From an uncultured delta proteobacterium (lineage in GTDB: Bacteria; Myxococcota_A; UBA9160; UBA4427): a stretch of DNA of 64,000 bases. The notes under the pieces are model-generated. The model did not search any database. It was not told where the DNA came from and saw only the letters and a program-made list of their open reading frames with translations. Location: the NCBI GenBank assembly GCA_963822965.1, contig CAWGJT010000010.1, positions 576,001 through 640,000 on the forward strand. The letters are read 5' to 3'. Below are positions 17,767 through 28,500 of this stretch, in pieces (within the stretch, counting starts at the first letter, position 1; each line of letters opens with the position of its first letter). The translations under genes were made by a program, and so were the position numbers.

Positions 17767-17950
17767 GCGCAGGTCTCCCGGCCTCGTCGCGTTGCCGGGT
17801 GTGCTGCGGTGCAAGAAGCGTGCGATCGCAGGCGGAGCCCGGAATTGGCTCCGCGCCGTGCGGGCTTGGGGCGACGCCTGCCGGCTTGCGCCGGCCGCGG
17901 GACGCGCGCCGGAAGGGAAGGCCGGGGGATCGACGGGGAAGCGCGCTTCC

Positions 17951-19009
17951 TCAGGCGGCGGCGTCGCTCTCGTCGTCGTCGTCGCCGCCGAGCCGGGCCA
18001 CCAGGGCCGTGGTGGCGATGCCGGCGACCACCAGGGCGAGGGCGCCCGCGGCCTGGCCGGTGCTCGGATCGAAGCGGACCAGCTTCCAGTGCTCGATCTT
18101 GACCTGGGGCGCGCTCTCGGCAGTGACGACCTCGCCGCGGATCACGTCGCCGGGCTGCGGGGGGATCGGCTGGGAGAAGGGCCAGAGCCCGACGACGGCA
18201 CCGAAGAGCAGACCCAGCAGCGCGCCGAGGGTGGCCTTCTCGAAGCGGCCGAGCAGCCAGCGCAGCAGGTTCGAGACGCCGACGATGCCGGCCACCACGC
18301 CGATGCCCACCGGGATCACCACGTGCATCGACTCCAGGACGAGCCCGAAGTCGGGCCCACCCAGCAGCCCCTGCTTGAGGGTGTCGACGGCGCCGAGGAT
18401 GACCTCGTACTGGCCCAGCAGCAGCAGCAGGTAGCCGCCGCTCACCCCCGGCAGGATCATCGCCGAGGCGCCCGCGAGCCCCGACACGAACAGGAAGAAC
18501 GTGCTCGCGTCGGCGCCGTCCGCCTCGCCGCCCAGGCCGAGCTGCATGACGACCATGCCCGCGAACGCGAGCGCCGCGCCGACGAAGACCGCCGGCGTCA
18601 CCGGCCGTGCCAGGCGCCAGACCAGCGGTACGCCGCCCAGGGTCAGCCCGATGAAGAGGCTGTACATCACCCAGCGCTGCTCGATGACCAGGCTGCGCAT
18701 CAGCCCGGCGAGAAGCAGGATGGCCAGGGCCGCGGTGCCCGCGATCGCGCCCAGCAGCAGCAGGGAGCGGATGCGCAGGCGCAGGGTCGTCACCTCGGCG
18801 ATCGAGCGGATGAAGGCGGGATACACCCCGGCGGCCAGCAGCATGGTCCCGCCGCTGATTCCCGGCACGAGGTTCGCGAGACCCATCAGCACGCCGCCGA
18901 TGGCGCCGCGCACCCCGAGCAGCGGCAGGGGCATGGTCTCCGTCGGGTCGTGGGCGTGGGCGGGGCCGGTCTCGCTCGGCGGGCGATCTGCGGGTGCAGC
19001 GACGCTCAT
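17951..19009 (-). CDS. DUF368 family membrane protein (undecaprenyl-phosphate translocase PopT-like)
   Basis: Two internal repeats, MGLANLVPGISGGT and AMILPGVSGGYLLLLLGQY, plus many TM helices. Confidence 0.9.
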   Translation of the reverse strand: MSVAAPADRPPSETGPAHAHDPTETMPLPLLGVRGAIGGVLMGLANLVPGISGGTMLLAAGVYPAFIRSIAEVTTLRLRIRSLLLLGAIAGTAALAILLLAGLMRSLVIEQRWVMYSLFIGLTLGGVPLVWRLARPVTPAVFVGAALAFAGMVVMQLGLGGEADGADASTFFLFVSGLAGASAMILPGVSGGYLLLLLGQYEVILGAVDTLKQGLLGGPDFGLVLESMHVVIPVGIGVVAGIVGVSNLLRWLLGRFEKATLGALLGLLFGAVVGLWPFSQPIPPQPGDVIRGEVVTAESAPQVKIEHWKLVRFDPSTGQAAGALALVVAGIATTALVARLGGDDDDESDAAA

Positions 19010-19140
19010 GACGCGGGCTCCTCCTCGTCCGCAAAGCGGCGGGATGCGAGGCTCGGGGGACGGGGGGCGGTCCCGGCGCGCGTACTCTAGCAAGGCTCGC
19101 GACGGGAGCGGCTTCTCCGGCGCCCTGCTAGAACCCCGGG

Positions 19141-19413
19141 ATGCGAGGTCGCATCCGCACCGGGCTGCTCCTCGGGATCGCAGCGCTCTACGTGCTGTCG
19201 GTGCCTTGGTATCGGGAGACCGGCGCGCCGGTCTCGCTCCTGCTGGGCCTGCCGGACTGGGTGGCCGTCGCCCTCGGCTGCTACGTGGCGGTCGCCGTGC
19301 TGAACAGCCTGGCGTGGCTGCTGACGGACATACCGGACGAGCACCCGGAACCCGGGGGCGCTGCGGAGGGGCCGGCCCGGCGCTCCCCGCGCGACGAGGC
19401 GCCGGGGCCGTGA
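19141..19413 (+). CDS. Small two-TM partner protein of an SSS transporter (DUF3311/DUF997-like)
   Basis: Two TM helices with PWY...LGLPxW. The stop overlaps the GTG of the SSS gene. Confidence 0.7.
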   Translation: MRGRIRTGLLLGIAALYVLSVPWYRETGAPVSLLLGLPDWVAVALGCYVAVAVLNSLAWLLTDIPDEHPEPGGAAEGPARRSPRDEAPGP

Positions 19414-20879
19414 GCTTCGGCCAGCTCGGGATCGTCGCCCTCGGCGTGTACCTGGTCGTCCTCGCCGGGGTGGCCGAGGTCGCCCGCCGTGCGCGCGCAG
19501 ACGACTCGCCGAGCGATCACTTCCTGGCCGGCCGTCACCTCGGCACCTTCGTCCTCTTCCTCACGCTCTACGCCACGGCGTACAGTGGCAACTCCCTGCT
19601 GGGCTACCCGGGGCGCGCCTACCGCAGCGGGTTCTCGTTCATCATGGCGACCGGCTTCATGATGGCGATCATCGTCGTGTTCCACGTGCTGGCACCGCGC
19701 CTGCGCGCCGCCGCGGTGGCCGGCGACTTCGTCACGCCGGGCGACTGGGTGCGCGCGCGCTTCGTCGCGGGTGCCGGGCGGGACTCCGTGGCGGGTCGCG
19801 TGCTGGTCGTCGCCGTGGGGGCTCTCATGACCATCGCCCTCGCCAACTTCCTGCTCGCCCAGCTCAAGGCCATGGGGCTCGTGGCTTCCCAGGTGACGGG
19901 CGACGCCGTCTCCTTCGAGGTGGGCGTTATCGGTCTCGCACTGGTGATCCTCGGCTACGAGACGCTCGGCGGGATGCGCGCCGTGGCCTGGACCGACGCC
20001 GCGCAGGGTGTGCTGATGCTCCTCGGGCTCGCGACCCTGCTGGGTTGGATCCTGGCGGAGGCGGGCGGCCTCGGGGGCGTCACCCGTTCGGTCGCGGCGG
20101 CGCGGCCCACGGCAGTGGCGGTGCCGGACGCCGCCACCTGCGCGAACTGGTTCAGTACCGTCGCGTTGCTCGGCCTGGCCAGCGTCATCTACCCCCAGGC
20201 GATCCAGCGCATCTACGCCGCGGAGAGCGGGCGCGCCCTGAAGCGCTCCTTCGCGGCCATGACCTTCATGCCCCTGGCGACGACGTTCGTCGTCACCCTG
20301 ATCGGCGTGGCCGCCATCGCCCGCATCGACCCGGCGAGTGGCATCGACTCGGACGCCGTGATGCCGGCGCTGCTGGCCGAGTGGGCCGAGCACAGCGCCT
20401 GGAGCGCGGCGGGCGCGGTCATCGTCTTCCTCGGTGCCCTGGCGGCGATCATGTCCACGGCCGACTCGTGCCTGCTCTCCCTGGGCGCGCTGGTGGCGCA
20501 GGACCTGCTGGGCCTGCCCGGCGACGAGGATCGCACGACCCGCATCGGCAAGGGGATCGCCGCGGGCCTGCTGCTGGCGATGATTCCCCTGGCGCTGCAG
20601 CGCGACGTCACCCTCTGGAGGCTCATCGAGCTGAAGATGGAGCTGCTCATCCAGTGCGTGCCGGCATTCCTGGTGGCGATCCACTGGCGGCGGCTGGAAG
20701 CGTCGTCCACCCTCGCCGGCCTCGTGGTCGGGACGGTGTTCGCCGCGGGTCTCACCCTGGCGGACGTTCCCCGCCTGGGAGGTGTCCACGTGGGCATCGT
20801 CGGTCTGGGGCTGAACCTCGTCGTGGCGGTCGGGGGCTCGTTCGCACGTTCCACCGCGTTGGAGCCGGGGCTGCGGTAA
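19410..20879 (+). CDS. Sodium:solute symporter (PanF-like)
   Basis: FLAGRxLG, TLYATAYSGNSLLGYPG, GGMRAVAWTDAAQG, PQAIQR, AAIMSTADS and many TM helices. Confidence 0.93.
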   Translation: MSFGQLGIVALGVYLVVLAGVAEVARRARADDSPSDHFLAGRHLGTFVLFLTLYATAYSGNSLLGYPGRAYRSGFSFIMATGFMMAIIVVFHVLAPRLRAAAVAGDFVTPGDWVRARFVAGAGRDSVAGRVLVVAVGALMTIALANFLLAQLKAMGLVASQVTGDAVSFEVGVIGLALVILGYETLGGMRAVAWTDAAQGVLMLLGLATLLGWILAEAGGLGGVTRSVAAARPTAVAVPDAATCANWFSTVALLGLASVIYPQAIQRIYAAESGRALKRSFAAMTFMPLATTFVVTLIGVAAIARIDPASGIDSDAVMPALLAEWAEHSAWSAAGAVIVFLGALAAIMSTADSCLLSLGALVAQDLLGLPGDEDRTTRIGKGIAAGLLLAMIPLALQRDVTLWRLIELKMELLIQCVPAFLVAIHWRRLEASSTLAGLVVGTVFAAGLTLADVPRLGGVHVGIVGLGLNLVVAVGGSFARSTALEPGLR

Positions 20880-20893
20880 GCTCGGCGGCCGTC

Positions 20894-23002
20894 ATGGGGG
20901 AAGCTTCCGAGAATCCGCTGCTCGACATCCGCGGCATTCCGGCCTGGGATCGCATCCGGCCGGAGCACGTGGAGCCCGCCGTGCGTTCGCTGCTCGCGGG
21001 GCTGGCGGGCGAGCTTTCGGGGCTGGAGGCGTCCCTCGAGGCGGTGCGCGAGCCCGGCTGGGACGACATCGTCCCGCCCCTCGAACGGCTCGGCGATGGC
21101 CTCGAACGACCGTGGTCCGCCGTCCGCCACCTGATGGGGGTGCGCAACAGCGAGCCCCTGCGAAAGGCCCACGAGGCCGTGCAGGGCGAGGTCGTCGCCT
21201 TCGGGCTGCGGGTCGCCCAGAGCCCGGCGCTCTACGCCGCCCTCGAAGCGCTGGAAGCCGGCCCGGGCTTCGCGCGGCTCGAGCCCTGGCAGCAGCGCAT
21301 CGTGCGCAATCTGATCCGCGACGCGCGGCACGCCGGCGTGGGCCTTCGGGGTGCGGAGCGCGAGCGCTTCAACGCGATCCAGGGGGAGCTCGCCGCCCTT
21401 GCGACGCGCTTCACGAACCACGTACTGGACGCCACGCGGGCCTTCGCGCTCACCCTGCGCGATCCGGCGGAGGTGGCCGGCCTGCCGGATAGCGCCCGCC
21501 GCCTGGCGGCCCAGTCCGCCCGGGCCGCCGACGAGGAAGGCGCCAGCGCGGAGGCCGGCCCGTGGCGCATCACCCTGGACCTGCCGAGCTTCGTTCCCTT
21601 CATGGAGAACGCCCGGCGCCGCGACCTGCGCGAGGCGCTCTACCGCGCCTACGTCACCCGCGCAAGCGAGGGCGACCTCGACAATGCGCCGCTGATCGCC
21701 CGCATCCTGGCGCTGCGGCGCGAGATGGCCGAGCTCCTGGGCTATCGCAGCTACGCGGAGCTGAGCCTGTCCTCGAAGATGGCCGGCGACGTGGGATCCG
21801 TCCGGCGCCTCCTCGAGCAGCTGCGGGACGCCTCGTGGGAGGCGGCCCGCCGGGAGCTGGACGAGCTGGCGGCCTTCGCGAAGGTGCATCCCGAGGTTCC
21901 GCAGCCCGAGCCGCTGGCGCTCTGGGACGTCTCGTTCTGGGCCGAGCGGCTGCGCGAGGAGCGCTTCGCCTACAGCGAGGAGGAGCTGCGTCCGTGGTTC
22001 CCCCTGCCGGTGGTCCTCGACGGGCTCTTCGACCTGGCGGCGCGGCTCTTCGGCGTGCGGGTCGAGGAGGCCGACGGACAGGCGCCCGTCTGGAACCCGG
22101 ACGTGCGTTACTTCACGGTACGCGGGGAGAAGGGCGAGCCGGTCGCCAGCTTCTTCCTCGACGCCTACAGCCGCCCGGGCGAGAAGAACGGCGGCGCCTG
22201 GATGGACGAGTGCGTGGTGCGCAGCAAGCTGCTGGCGGCTCCCGGCGAGGCGTGCCGCCTGCCCGTCGCCCACGTGGTCTGCAACCAGTCGCCGCCCGTG
22301 GACGACCGGCCCTCGTGCATGAGCTTCCACGAGGTGGAGACGCTCTTCCACGAGTTCGGCCACGCCCTGCAGCACATGCTGACGCGGGTGGACACGGGGC
22401 TCGCCTCGGGCATTCGCAACGTGGAGTGGGACGCCGTGGAGCTTCCCAGCCAGTTCATGGAGAACTGGTGCTACGACCGCGACACGGTGCGACGCATCAG
22501 CGCCCACGTGGAGACCGGCGAGCCGCTCCCCGACGAGCTCTTCGCGAAGCTCGAGGCGGCCCGCACCTATCGAGCCGGCAGCGACATGCTGCGGCAGCTC
22601 TACTTCGCGTTCACCGATCTGGCCCTGTACGACGACTTCGATCCCGCGGGCGACGAGTCGGCCTTCGACGTGCAGCGGCGGGTCGCCGCGCGGACGACGG
22701 TCCTGCCACCCCTGCCCGAGGACCGCTTCCTGTGCAGCTTCTCCCACATCTTCGCGGGCGGCTACGCGGCGGGCTACTACAGCTACAAATGGGCGGAGGT
22801 GCTCTCTGCAGATGCCTTCGGCGCCTTCGAAGAGGTGGGGCTCGACGACGCGGCGGGCGTGGCGGCGACGGGACGGCGCTATCGCGAGACCGTGCTGGCG
22901 CTCGGGGGCAGCGTGCATCCCATGGAGGTGTTCCAGCGCTTCCGGGGGCGCGAGCCGAGTCCCGAGGCGTTGCTGCGGCACGCCGGGCTGGAAGGCCGCT
23001 GA
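20894..23002 (+). CDS. prlC: Oligopeptidase A (M3 metallopeptidase)
   Basis: NPLL start, KNGGAWM, TLFHEFGHALQH, EWDAVELPSQFMENW, FSHIFAGGYAAGYYSYKWAEVL. Confidence 0.96.
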   Translation: MGEASENPLLDIRGIPAWDRIRPEHVEPAVRSLLAGLAGELSGLEASLEAVREPGWDDIVPPLERLGDGLERPWSAVRHLMGVRNSEPLRKAHEAVQGEVVAFGLRVAQSPALYAALEALEAGPGFARLEPWQQRIVRNLIRDARHAGVGLRGAERERFNAIQGELAALATRFTNHVLDATRAFALTLRDPAEVAGLPDSARRLAAQSARAADEEGASAEAGPWRITLDLPSFVPFMENARRRDLREALYRAYVTRASEGDLDNAPLIARILALRREMAELLGYRSYAELSLSSKMAGDVGSVRRLLEQLRDASWEAARRELDELAAFAKVHPEVPQPEPLALWDVSFWAERLREERFAYSEEELRPWFPLPVVLDGLFDLAARLFGVRVEEADGQAPVWNPDVRYFTVRGEKGEPVASFFLDAYSRPGEKNGGAWMDECVVRSKLLAAPGEACRLPVAHVVCNQSPPVDDRPSCMSFHEVETLFHEFGHALQHMLTRVDTGLASGIRNVEWDAVELPSQFMENWCYDRDTVRRISAHVETGEPLPDELFAKLEAARTYRAGSDMLRQLYFAFTDLALYDDFDPAGDESAFDVQRRVAARTTVLPPLPEDRFLCSFSHIFAGGYAAGYYSYKWAEVLSADAFGAFEEVGLDDAAGVAATGRRYRETVLALGGSVHPMEVFQRFRGREPSPEALLRHAGLEGR

Positions 23003-23004
23003 GC

Positions 23005-23349
23005 GTGGCCCGGCGTTCCGAGTCGGATCGCTACGCACGCATCTACCGGGTGGTGCGGCGGATCCCGCGCGGCCGGGTCGCCACCTACGGGCAGGTGGCG
23101 GTGCTCGCAGGGCTTCCGGGCTGCGCGCGGCAGGTGGGCTACGCGTTGTACGCGCTCTCGGCAGACGACGGCGTGCCGTGGCAGCGAGTGGTGAACGCCC
23201 GGGGCGAGATCAGCCGTCGGTCGGAGTCGGGCAGCGAGCCCGTCCAGCAGCGGATGCTCGAGGCGGAGGGCGTTCGCTTCGACGCCCGAGGCCGTCTCGA
23301 TCTGGTACGGGTGCAGTGGCGGCCTCGCCCGCGGAAGCCCGGGAGGTGA
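23005..23349 (+). CDS. Alkyltransferase-like protein (ATL/YbaZ, MGMT family)
   Basis: IPRGRVATYGQVA, ARQVG, and VPWQRVVN with Trp in place of the catalytic Cys of PCHRV. Also QxxxLEAEGV. Confidence 0.9.
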   Translation: MARRSESDRYARIYRVVRRIPRGRVATYGQVAVLAGLPGCARQVGYALYALSADDGVPWQRVVNARGEISRRSESGSEPVQQRMLEAEGVRFDARGRLDLVRVQWRPRPRKPGR

Positions 23350-23353
23350 GAGC

Positions 23354-23602
23354 GTGAGCGCGGACATGGTCCGGCTGGCCATCGACTTCGAGAATCCCGC
23401 GAGCGAGTGGTGGGAGAACGGCGGGCGCGATCTGTGGGAGAGCGTCGTCGAGGGCTTCGACAACAACGCGGTCGTGCTCGACCGCTCGTTGGCGGAGTCC
23501 TGGCTCGCCCAGGCGGCGCAGGTTCCGGGCTGGGAGGGGGGACCCGACCACTCGCCGCACCCGATCCGTCTCGCGGAAGTCGACGAAGACGAGCTGCTTT
23601 GA
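23354..23602 (+). CDS. Hypothetical acidic protein, 82 aa
   Basis: GGAGG RBS, GC3-biased codons, fills the gap exactly and overlaps the downstream TTG (TTGA). Confidence 0.75.
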   Translation: MSADMVRLAIDFENPASEWWENGGRDLWESVVEGFDNNAVVLDRSLAESWLAQAAQVPGWEGGPDHSPHPIRLAEVDEDELL

Positions 23603-25026
23603 TCCCGCCGGGCGGCCCGACACCGCGGCTTCCCGGCGACAGCCCCATCCTCGAGATCGCCCGGGCCTGCGCGCGCGCCGGCGGTCGCGCCCTGGTGGTG
23701 GGCGGCTGGGTGCGCGACCAGCTGCTCGGCCGCCGCGATGTCTCCGCCGACATCGATCTCGAGGTGCAGGGGCTGGCACCGGAGGCCCTCGAGGCGGTGC
23801 TCGCCCGCTTCGGCGCCGTGCGCCGCGTGGGCCGGGCCTTCCCGGTCTACCTGGTTCCCGGACTCCCGATCGACGTCTGCCTACCCCGCACCGGTGCGCC
23901 CGGCGAGGACGGCAGCCCACCGGGCTTCGATCCACGGCTCGACTTCGCCGAGGCCGCCCGGGGCCGCGACCTGCGGGTGAACGCCATGGCCTGGGACCCG
24001 CTCACGGGCGAGCTGCTCGACCCCCACGGCGGCCGGCGCGACCTCGCCGACGGGATGCTGCACGAGACCGACGCGGAGCGGTTCGGAACCGATCCCCTGC
24101 GCGGACTGCGCACGGCACAGCTCGCCGCGCGACTCGAGATGGAGGTCTCCCCCGGGCTTCGGGCGCTGTGTGCGGCGACGGATCTCGGCCGGGTGGCTCC
24201 GGAGCGGATCTTCGGCGAGCTGCGCCGACTGCTGCTGCTGGCGCCGCGGCCGTCCCGGGGCTTCGCGCTGCTCGAGGAGACGAAGCTGCTGCGCTTCCTT
24301 CCCGAGCTGGCGGCCCTGGTGGGCTGCCCGCAGGACCCCCGCTGGCACCCGGAAGGCGACGTGTTCGTACACACGCTGCTCGTCGTCGACATCGCGGCGA
24401 CCTCGCGCCGGGGCGGTGTCGGGGACGACGCCCGCGACCTGCTGCTGATGCTCGGTGCCCTCTGCCATGACCTCGGCAAGCCCGCGACCACCGAGGAGAT
24501 CGAGGGTCGCATCGTCTCTCGCGGCCACTGCGAGGCGGGCGTTCCCGCGACGACCGCCCTGCTGGAGCGCCTGCGGGCTCCCCACGCGTTGGTGCGCGGC
24601 GTGTCGGCGTTGGTGCTCCACCACCTGGCGCCGGCCCAGCTCACGCGGCAGGAGCCCTCGGGCGCCGTGGCGGGAGCGCGCGCCTATCGCCGGCTGCTCC
24701 GGAAGCTGCGGAACGCCGGTGTCGACCTCGATCTGCTGTACGCGGTCGCGCGGGCCGACCACCTGGGTCGGACGACCGAGGACGCGCGGCGCGGCGTGTT
24801 CCCCGCCGGCGACGTCTTCCTCGAGCGGGCGCGCGCGGTGGAGCACGAGCCCGGCGTGCACGAGGCCGTGGTCAAGGGGCGCCACCTGATGGCCCACGGC
24901 GTGCCCCCGGGCCCCGGGATGGGACGCCTGCTCGACCGCTGCCGCCAGATCCAGGACGAGACGGGCTCGAGCGACCCGGACGAGATCGTCGCCCGGGTGC
25001 TCGAGGAGGCCGCGCCCGGCGCCTGA
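23599..25026 (+). CDS. Class II tRNA nucleotidyltransferase with HD domain
   Basis: VVGGWVRD..DIDLEV, VGRAFPV, RDLRVNAMA, DPLRGLR, WHPEGDVFVHT, LCHDLGK. Confidence 0.88.
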   Translation: MIPPGGPTPRLPGDSPILEIARACARAGGRALVVGGWVRDQLLGRRDVSADIDLEVQGLAPEALEAVLARFGAVRRVGRAFPVYLVPGLPIDVCLPRTGAPGEDGSPPGFDPRLDFAEAARGRDLRVNAMAWDPLTGELLDPHGGRRDLADGMLHETDAERFGTDPLRGLRTAQLAARLEMEVSPGLRALCAATDLGRVAPERIFGELRRLLLLAPRPSRGFALLEETKLLRFLPELAALVGCPQDPRWHPEGDVFVHTLLVVDIAATSRRGGVGDDARDLLLMLGALCHDLGKPATTEEIEGRIVSRGHCEAGVPATTALLERLRAPHALVRGVSALVLHHLAPAQLTRQEPSGAVAGARAYRRLLRKLRNAGVDLDLLYAVARADHLGRTTEDARRGVFPAGDVFLERARAVEHEPGVHEAVVKGRHLMAHGVPPGPGMGRLLDRCRQIQDETGSSDPDEIVARVLEEAAPGA

Positions 25027-25042
25027 TGGCGCCGAAGCCGCT

Positions 25043-25519
25043 TCAGGGCAGCAGTCGCGAGCGCTCGTCGGGCGACGGGACGGGGCAGTACTCGACGCGT
25101 CCGAAGAGCCGATAGCGGCTCGCCGCAAAGGCGCGGTAGGCGAGGTCGGCGAGCGCCGTGGGCAGCACGCGCAGCACGGCGAGCCAGCGCCAGGGCCGGT
25201 CCATCTCGGCAAAGAGCGCGAAGACCCCCGCCGAGCGCAGCAGGATCTCGGGCTCCCCCGTGCCGGGCGCGGGACGTAGATACACGAACGTGTCGAGGTC
25301 CGTCGGGAACCGCTCCGGGAAGCGGGCGCGCACCCGGGCCGCCGTGTCGCCCTGGAGCGGTGCGAATCGCAGCCGGGCCTCCGGGTCGTGCGCGATCAGC
25401 CAGCGCACCGCGCCGTCGCAGAACCCGCAGACCCCGTCGAAGAAGACGATGCGCGAGGGCAGGGGGGCCGGCTCGGGGCTCGCCGCAGTCGCCGGAGCCT
25501 CGGAAGACGACGTGGCCAT
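25043..25519 (-). CDS. DCC1-like thiol-disulfide oxidoreductase (DUF393)
   Basis: FFDGVCGFC, LRFAPLQG, YRxFAxSRYRLFG. Confidence 0.92.
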   Translation of the reverse strand: MATSSSEAPATAASPEPAPLPSRIVFFDGVCGFCDGAVRWLIAHDPEARLRFAPLQGDTAARVRARFPERFPTDLDTFVYLRPAPGTGEPEILLRSAGVFALFAEMDRPWRWLAVLRVLPTALADLAYRAFAASRYRLFGRVEYCPVPSPDERSRLLP

Positions 25520-25589
25520 GCGCCGAGGGTAGCAGGGCGCCGAAGCGCCCACTCGCACCGCGCCCGCGAGCCGGCCGACGTCTGCCGGC

Positions 25590-28500
25590 TCACGCCACCA
25601 GATCGCCCATCTCGCGAAGCTGCGCGACCACGTCCTCGGGCAGGGTGGGCGGCGGCTTGCCCACCGCGTAGCAGCCGAGGATGACCTCGGCGCTGCGCTC
25701 GATGATCTCGACCATGTCGGCGGCCCGGCGCAGGCTGCGCCCCGCCACGACGATGCCGTGGTTGACGAGCAGCACGGCCCAGCCCGTCCCCATCGCGGTC
25801 GCCACCGCCTCGGCCAGGGCCGGGGTGCCGGGCATCAGGAACGGGACGCGGGGGATGTCGCCGAAGAACGCGGCCTCGGTGGAGATGGGCAGGAACGGCA
25901 GGCCGCTGTTGGCCAGGATGGTGGCGTGGGGGGCGTGGGCGTGGATCACCGCCTTCGCCTCCGGCCGGGCCTTCAACACCGCACAGTGCATGTCCCACTC
26001 GCTCGACGGAGAGCGGGCGCCGACGTCCAGGGCCCGTCCGTCGAGGTCGATGCGCACCAGCACCTCCGGCCGGAGGTCGCCCTTGAAGAGCTGGCTCGGG
26101 GTGATCCAGAGGGCCTCCTCTCCGGGAATGCGCGCGCTCACGTTGCCGCCGGTCGCGGTGATGACCTGGGCTTCGTAGAGCTCGCGCACGACGGCGACGA
26201 GATCCTGTCGCAGATCTCCCGCCGCCACCGCCGGTGCGCCGGGGGCGACCGCGGACGCGCCGAGGTCGCCCGGGGAGCCCACCGCGGCGCGCGCGGCCTG
26301 GTAGAGGCGTTGCAGGTCGTCCTGCAGGTGTTGCAGAGTCATGGCCTTGGCGGCGTCGCCGGTGAACGCGAGCCGGCCCTCCATGGCCGCCTCCATGGGA
26401 TTCGCGCGGCCCGTGAACATGCCGTCGAGCACGTCGGCGCGCATGCGCAGGTTCACGTCGGCATTCTCGCGCGGTGCGCCGAGAGACCCCGTCACGCGGC
26501 CGTCCGCGAGTCGGAAGTGGAAGCCGCAGTCCGCGTCCTCGAGGGTGAAGTGCAGGGTCACGTCCCGACCCCGGGAGAAGACGCGCATGGCCTCGTCGGC
26601 GACGATGCCCTCGACGAAGTCTGCGGCGATCCGCGCCATCGCCTCGCGGGTGGCCGCGGGCAGGAGGACGGGACTCGGCGGAGCCTGGGCGTCGGGGGGC
26701 ACGCTCGTGGTGCCGGTCGGCTCGACCGAGGCGCTCTGCTTCGGCTCGTTCGACTCGTTCGACTGTTTCGGCTTCGGCTTCCGATCCTGCTTCTGCTTCT
26801 TCTGGAGGTCCGACACGGCGGGGGCCGGTCCCTGCTTCAGGCGCGCCAGCTCATCGGGCGGGGGCGTCGGGCGCGGTCCGTGCCAGTCGAAGCCGGCGAG
26901 TGTCTCCGGGTTCACCGTGAAGCGCGGCTTCTCGCCCCTCACCAGGGCGGACAGCTCTTCGACCACGATCTCGCCCTGGTGGGCGGCCACGTCTGCGGTG
27001 TTGCCGCCCACGTGGGGTGTCGCGATCACGTTCGGCAGGGCCAGCAGCGGATGATCCGAGCCCGGCGGCTCGACCGCGAAGGTGTCGAGGGCGGCGCCGG
27101 CGATGCGCCCCGCCGCCAGCGCCTCGACGAGGGCGTCCTCGTCGAGCAGGGCGGCTCGTGCCGTATTCACGAGACACGCGCCGGGCTTCATGCAGTCGAG
27201 CTCGGCGGCGCCCAGCAGCCCCGTGGTCTCGGGCGTCACCGCGGCGTGCAGGCTCACGAAGTCGCTCTCCCGCAAGAGCGTCACGAGGGGCACCGCTCCC
27301 ACGCCCGCGGCGGCCGCTCGCTCCGGGGACACGTAGGGATCGGTCACCAGCACCCGGGTGCCGAACGGTCGCAGGCGGGCCGCGACCTTGGCGCCCACGG
27401 CGCCGAACCCCACCAGCCCCACGGTCTTGTGCCACAGCTCGCGGCCCCGGAAGCGTCCGAAGGCCTGGCCCATACGCCCCATGTCGCCCGCCGCGATGCC
27501 CGGCTCGTGCAGGAACGCCGTTGCCTCGGGCAGCTTGCGCGCCAGCATCAGCAGGAAGGCGAGGGTGAGGTCGGCCACGGCGTCCGCGTTGCGTCCGGGC
27601 GTGCGCAGCATGGGGATTCCGAAGGCCGTACACGCGTCCGCGTCGACGTTCACGGCGTCGCCGCGGCAGGACACTATCACGCGCAGCTCGGGTAGCTGCT
27701 CGAGGGCTGCGGCGTCCACGAGGTCGATCTCGGTGACGAAGACGTTCACCCCCTGCAGCGCCTTCACGAGGCTCGGCCCCGTCAGCATGCGTCGTGCGTC
27801 GCGGTAGCTCGCGTGCTCGACCTCGCCCAGGCGCGCGAGCGCGGACAGCGATCGCTCGTCGCAGTCCGACGTGACCAGGATGCGCGGGCGGAAGCGTTCG
27901 CCGTCGCGGGCGGCGCCCGAAGACCAGGCCGACAGGGCGAACGGGGTCGCCATGCGCGCCGCGCTGTCGTCGGCGTTGCGGCGCTCCGTGCGCAGCTCGC
28001 TCCAGCGCCGGTACAGGTCCTGGCCGGCCTCGACGGCCGCGCGGTCGGGCTCGACGCGTCGCGCGCCGGCCGACCCGGCGAGGGCCACCTCCGAGAGATC
28101 TCGATCCTGCGCGCCCGCGGCGGCGCAGAGGGCGGCGCCCAGGGCCGTGGCCTCGGGCCGGGCCACGCTCACGGGCTCACCCAGCACGTCCGCCAGCACC
28201 TGGGCGAACAACGCGCTGCGGGACAGTCCGCCTGCCAGCCGCACGTCGGTTCCCGCGGCCGAGGGGCTCGCGTGCGCGATGGCGCGCGCCTGCTCGAGGT
28301 TCGCCCGCAGGCCGCACGCGACGCCCTCGACCAGGGCCCGCGCCACGTGGCTTCGCGGGGCCGGGTCACCGGGGGTGGTCATGTGACTGAGAGTGAGGTT
28401 GCCCACCGGCAGGCGCGGCTCGCGCGCGTTCATCAGCTCGACGCCCAGGCTCGACAGGAGGCCGCGGGCGCCGGGCGAGGAGGAGGCGGCTTCCCCGAGC

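Noticed and set aside
17810..17825. Sigma54-like site TCGCACG-CTTC-TTGCA (minus strand) upstream of the small protein
   Set aside because: The spacing is right but the invariant GG at -24 reads CG, which is too weak to call.
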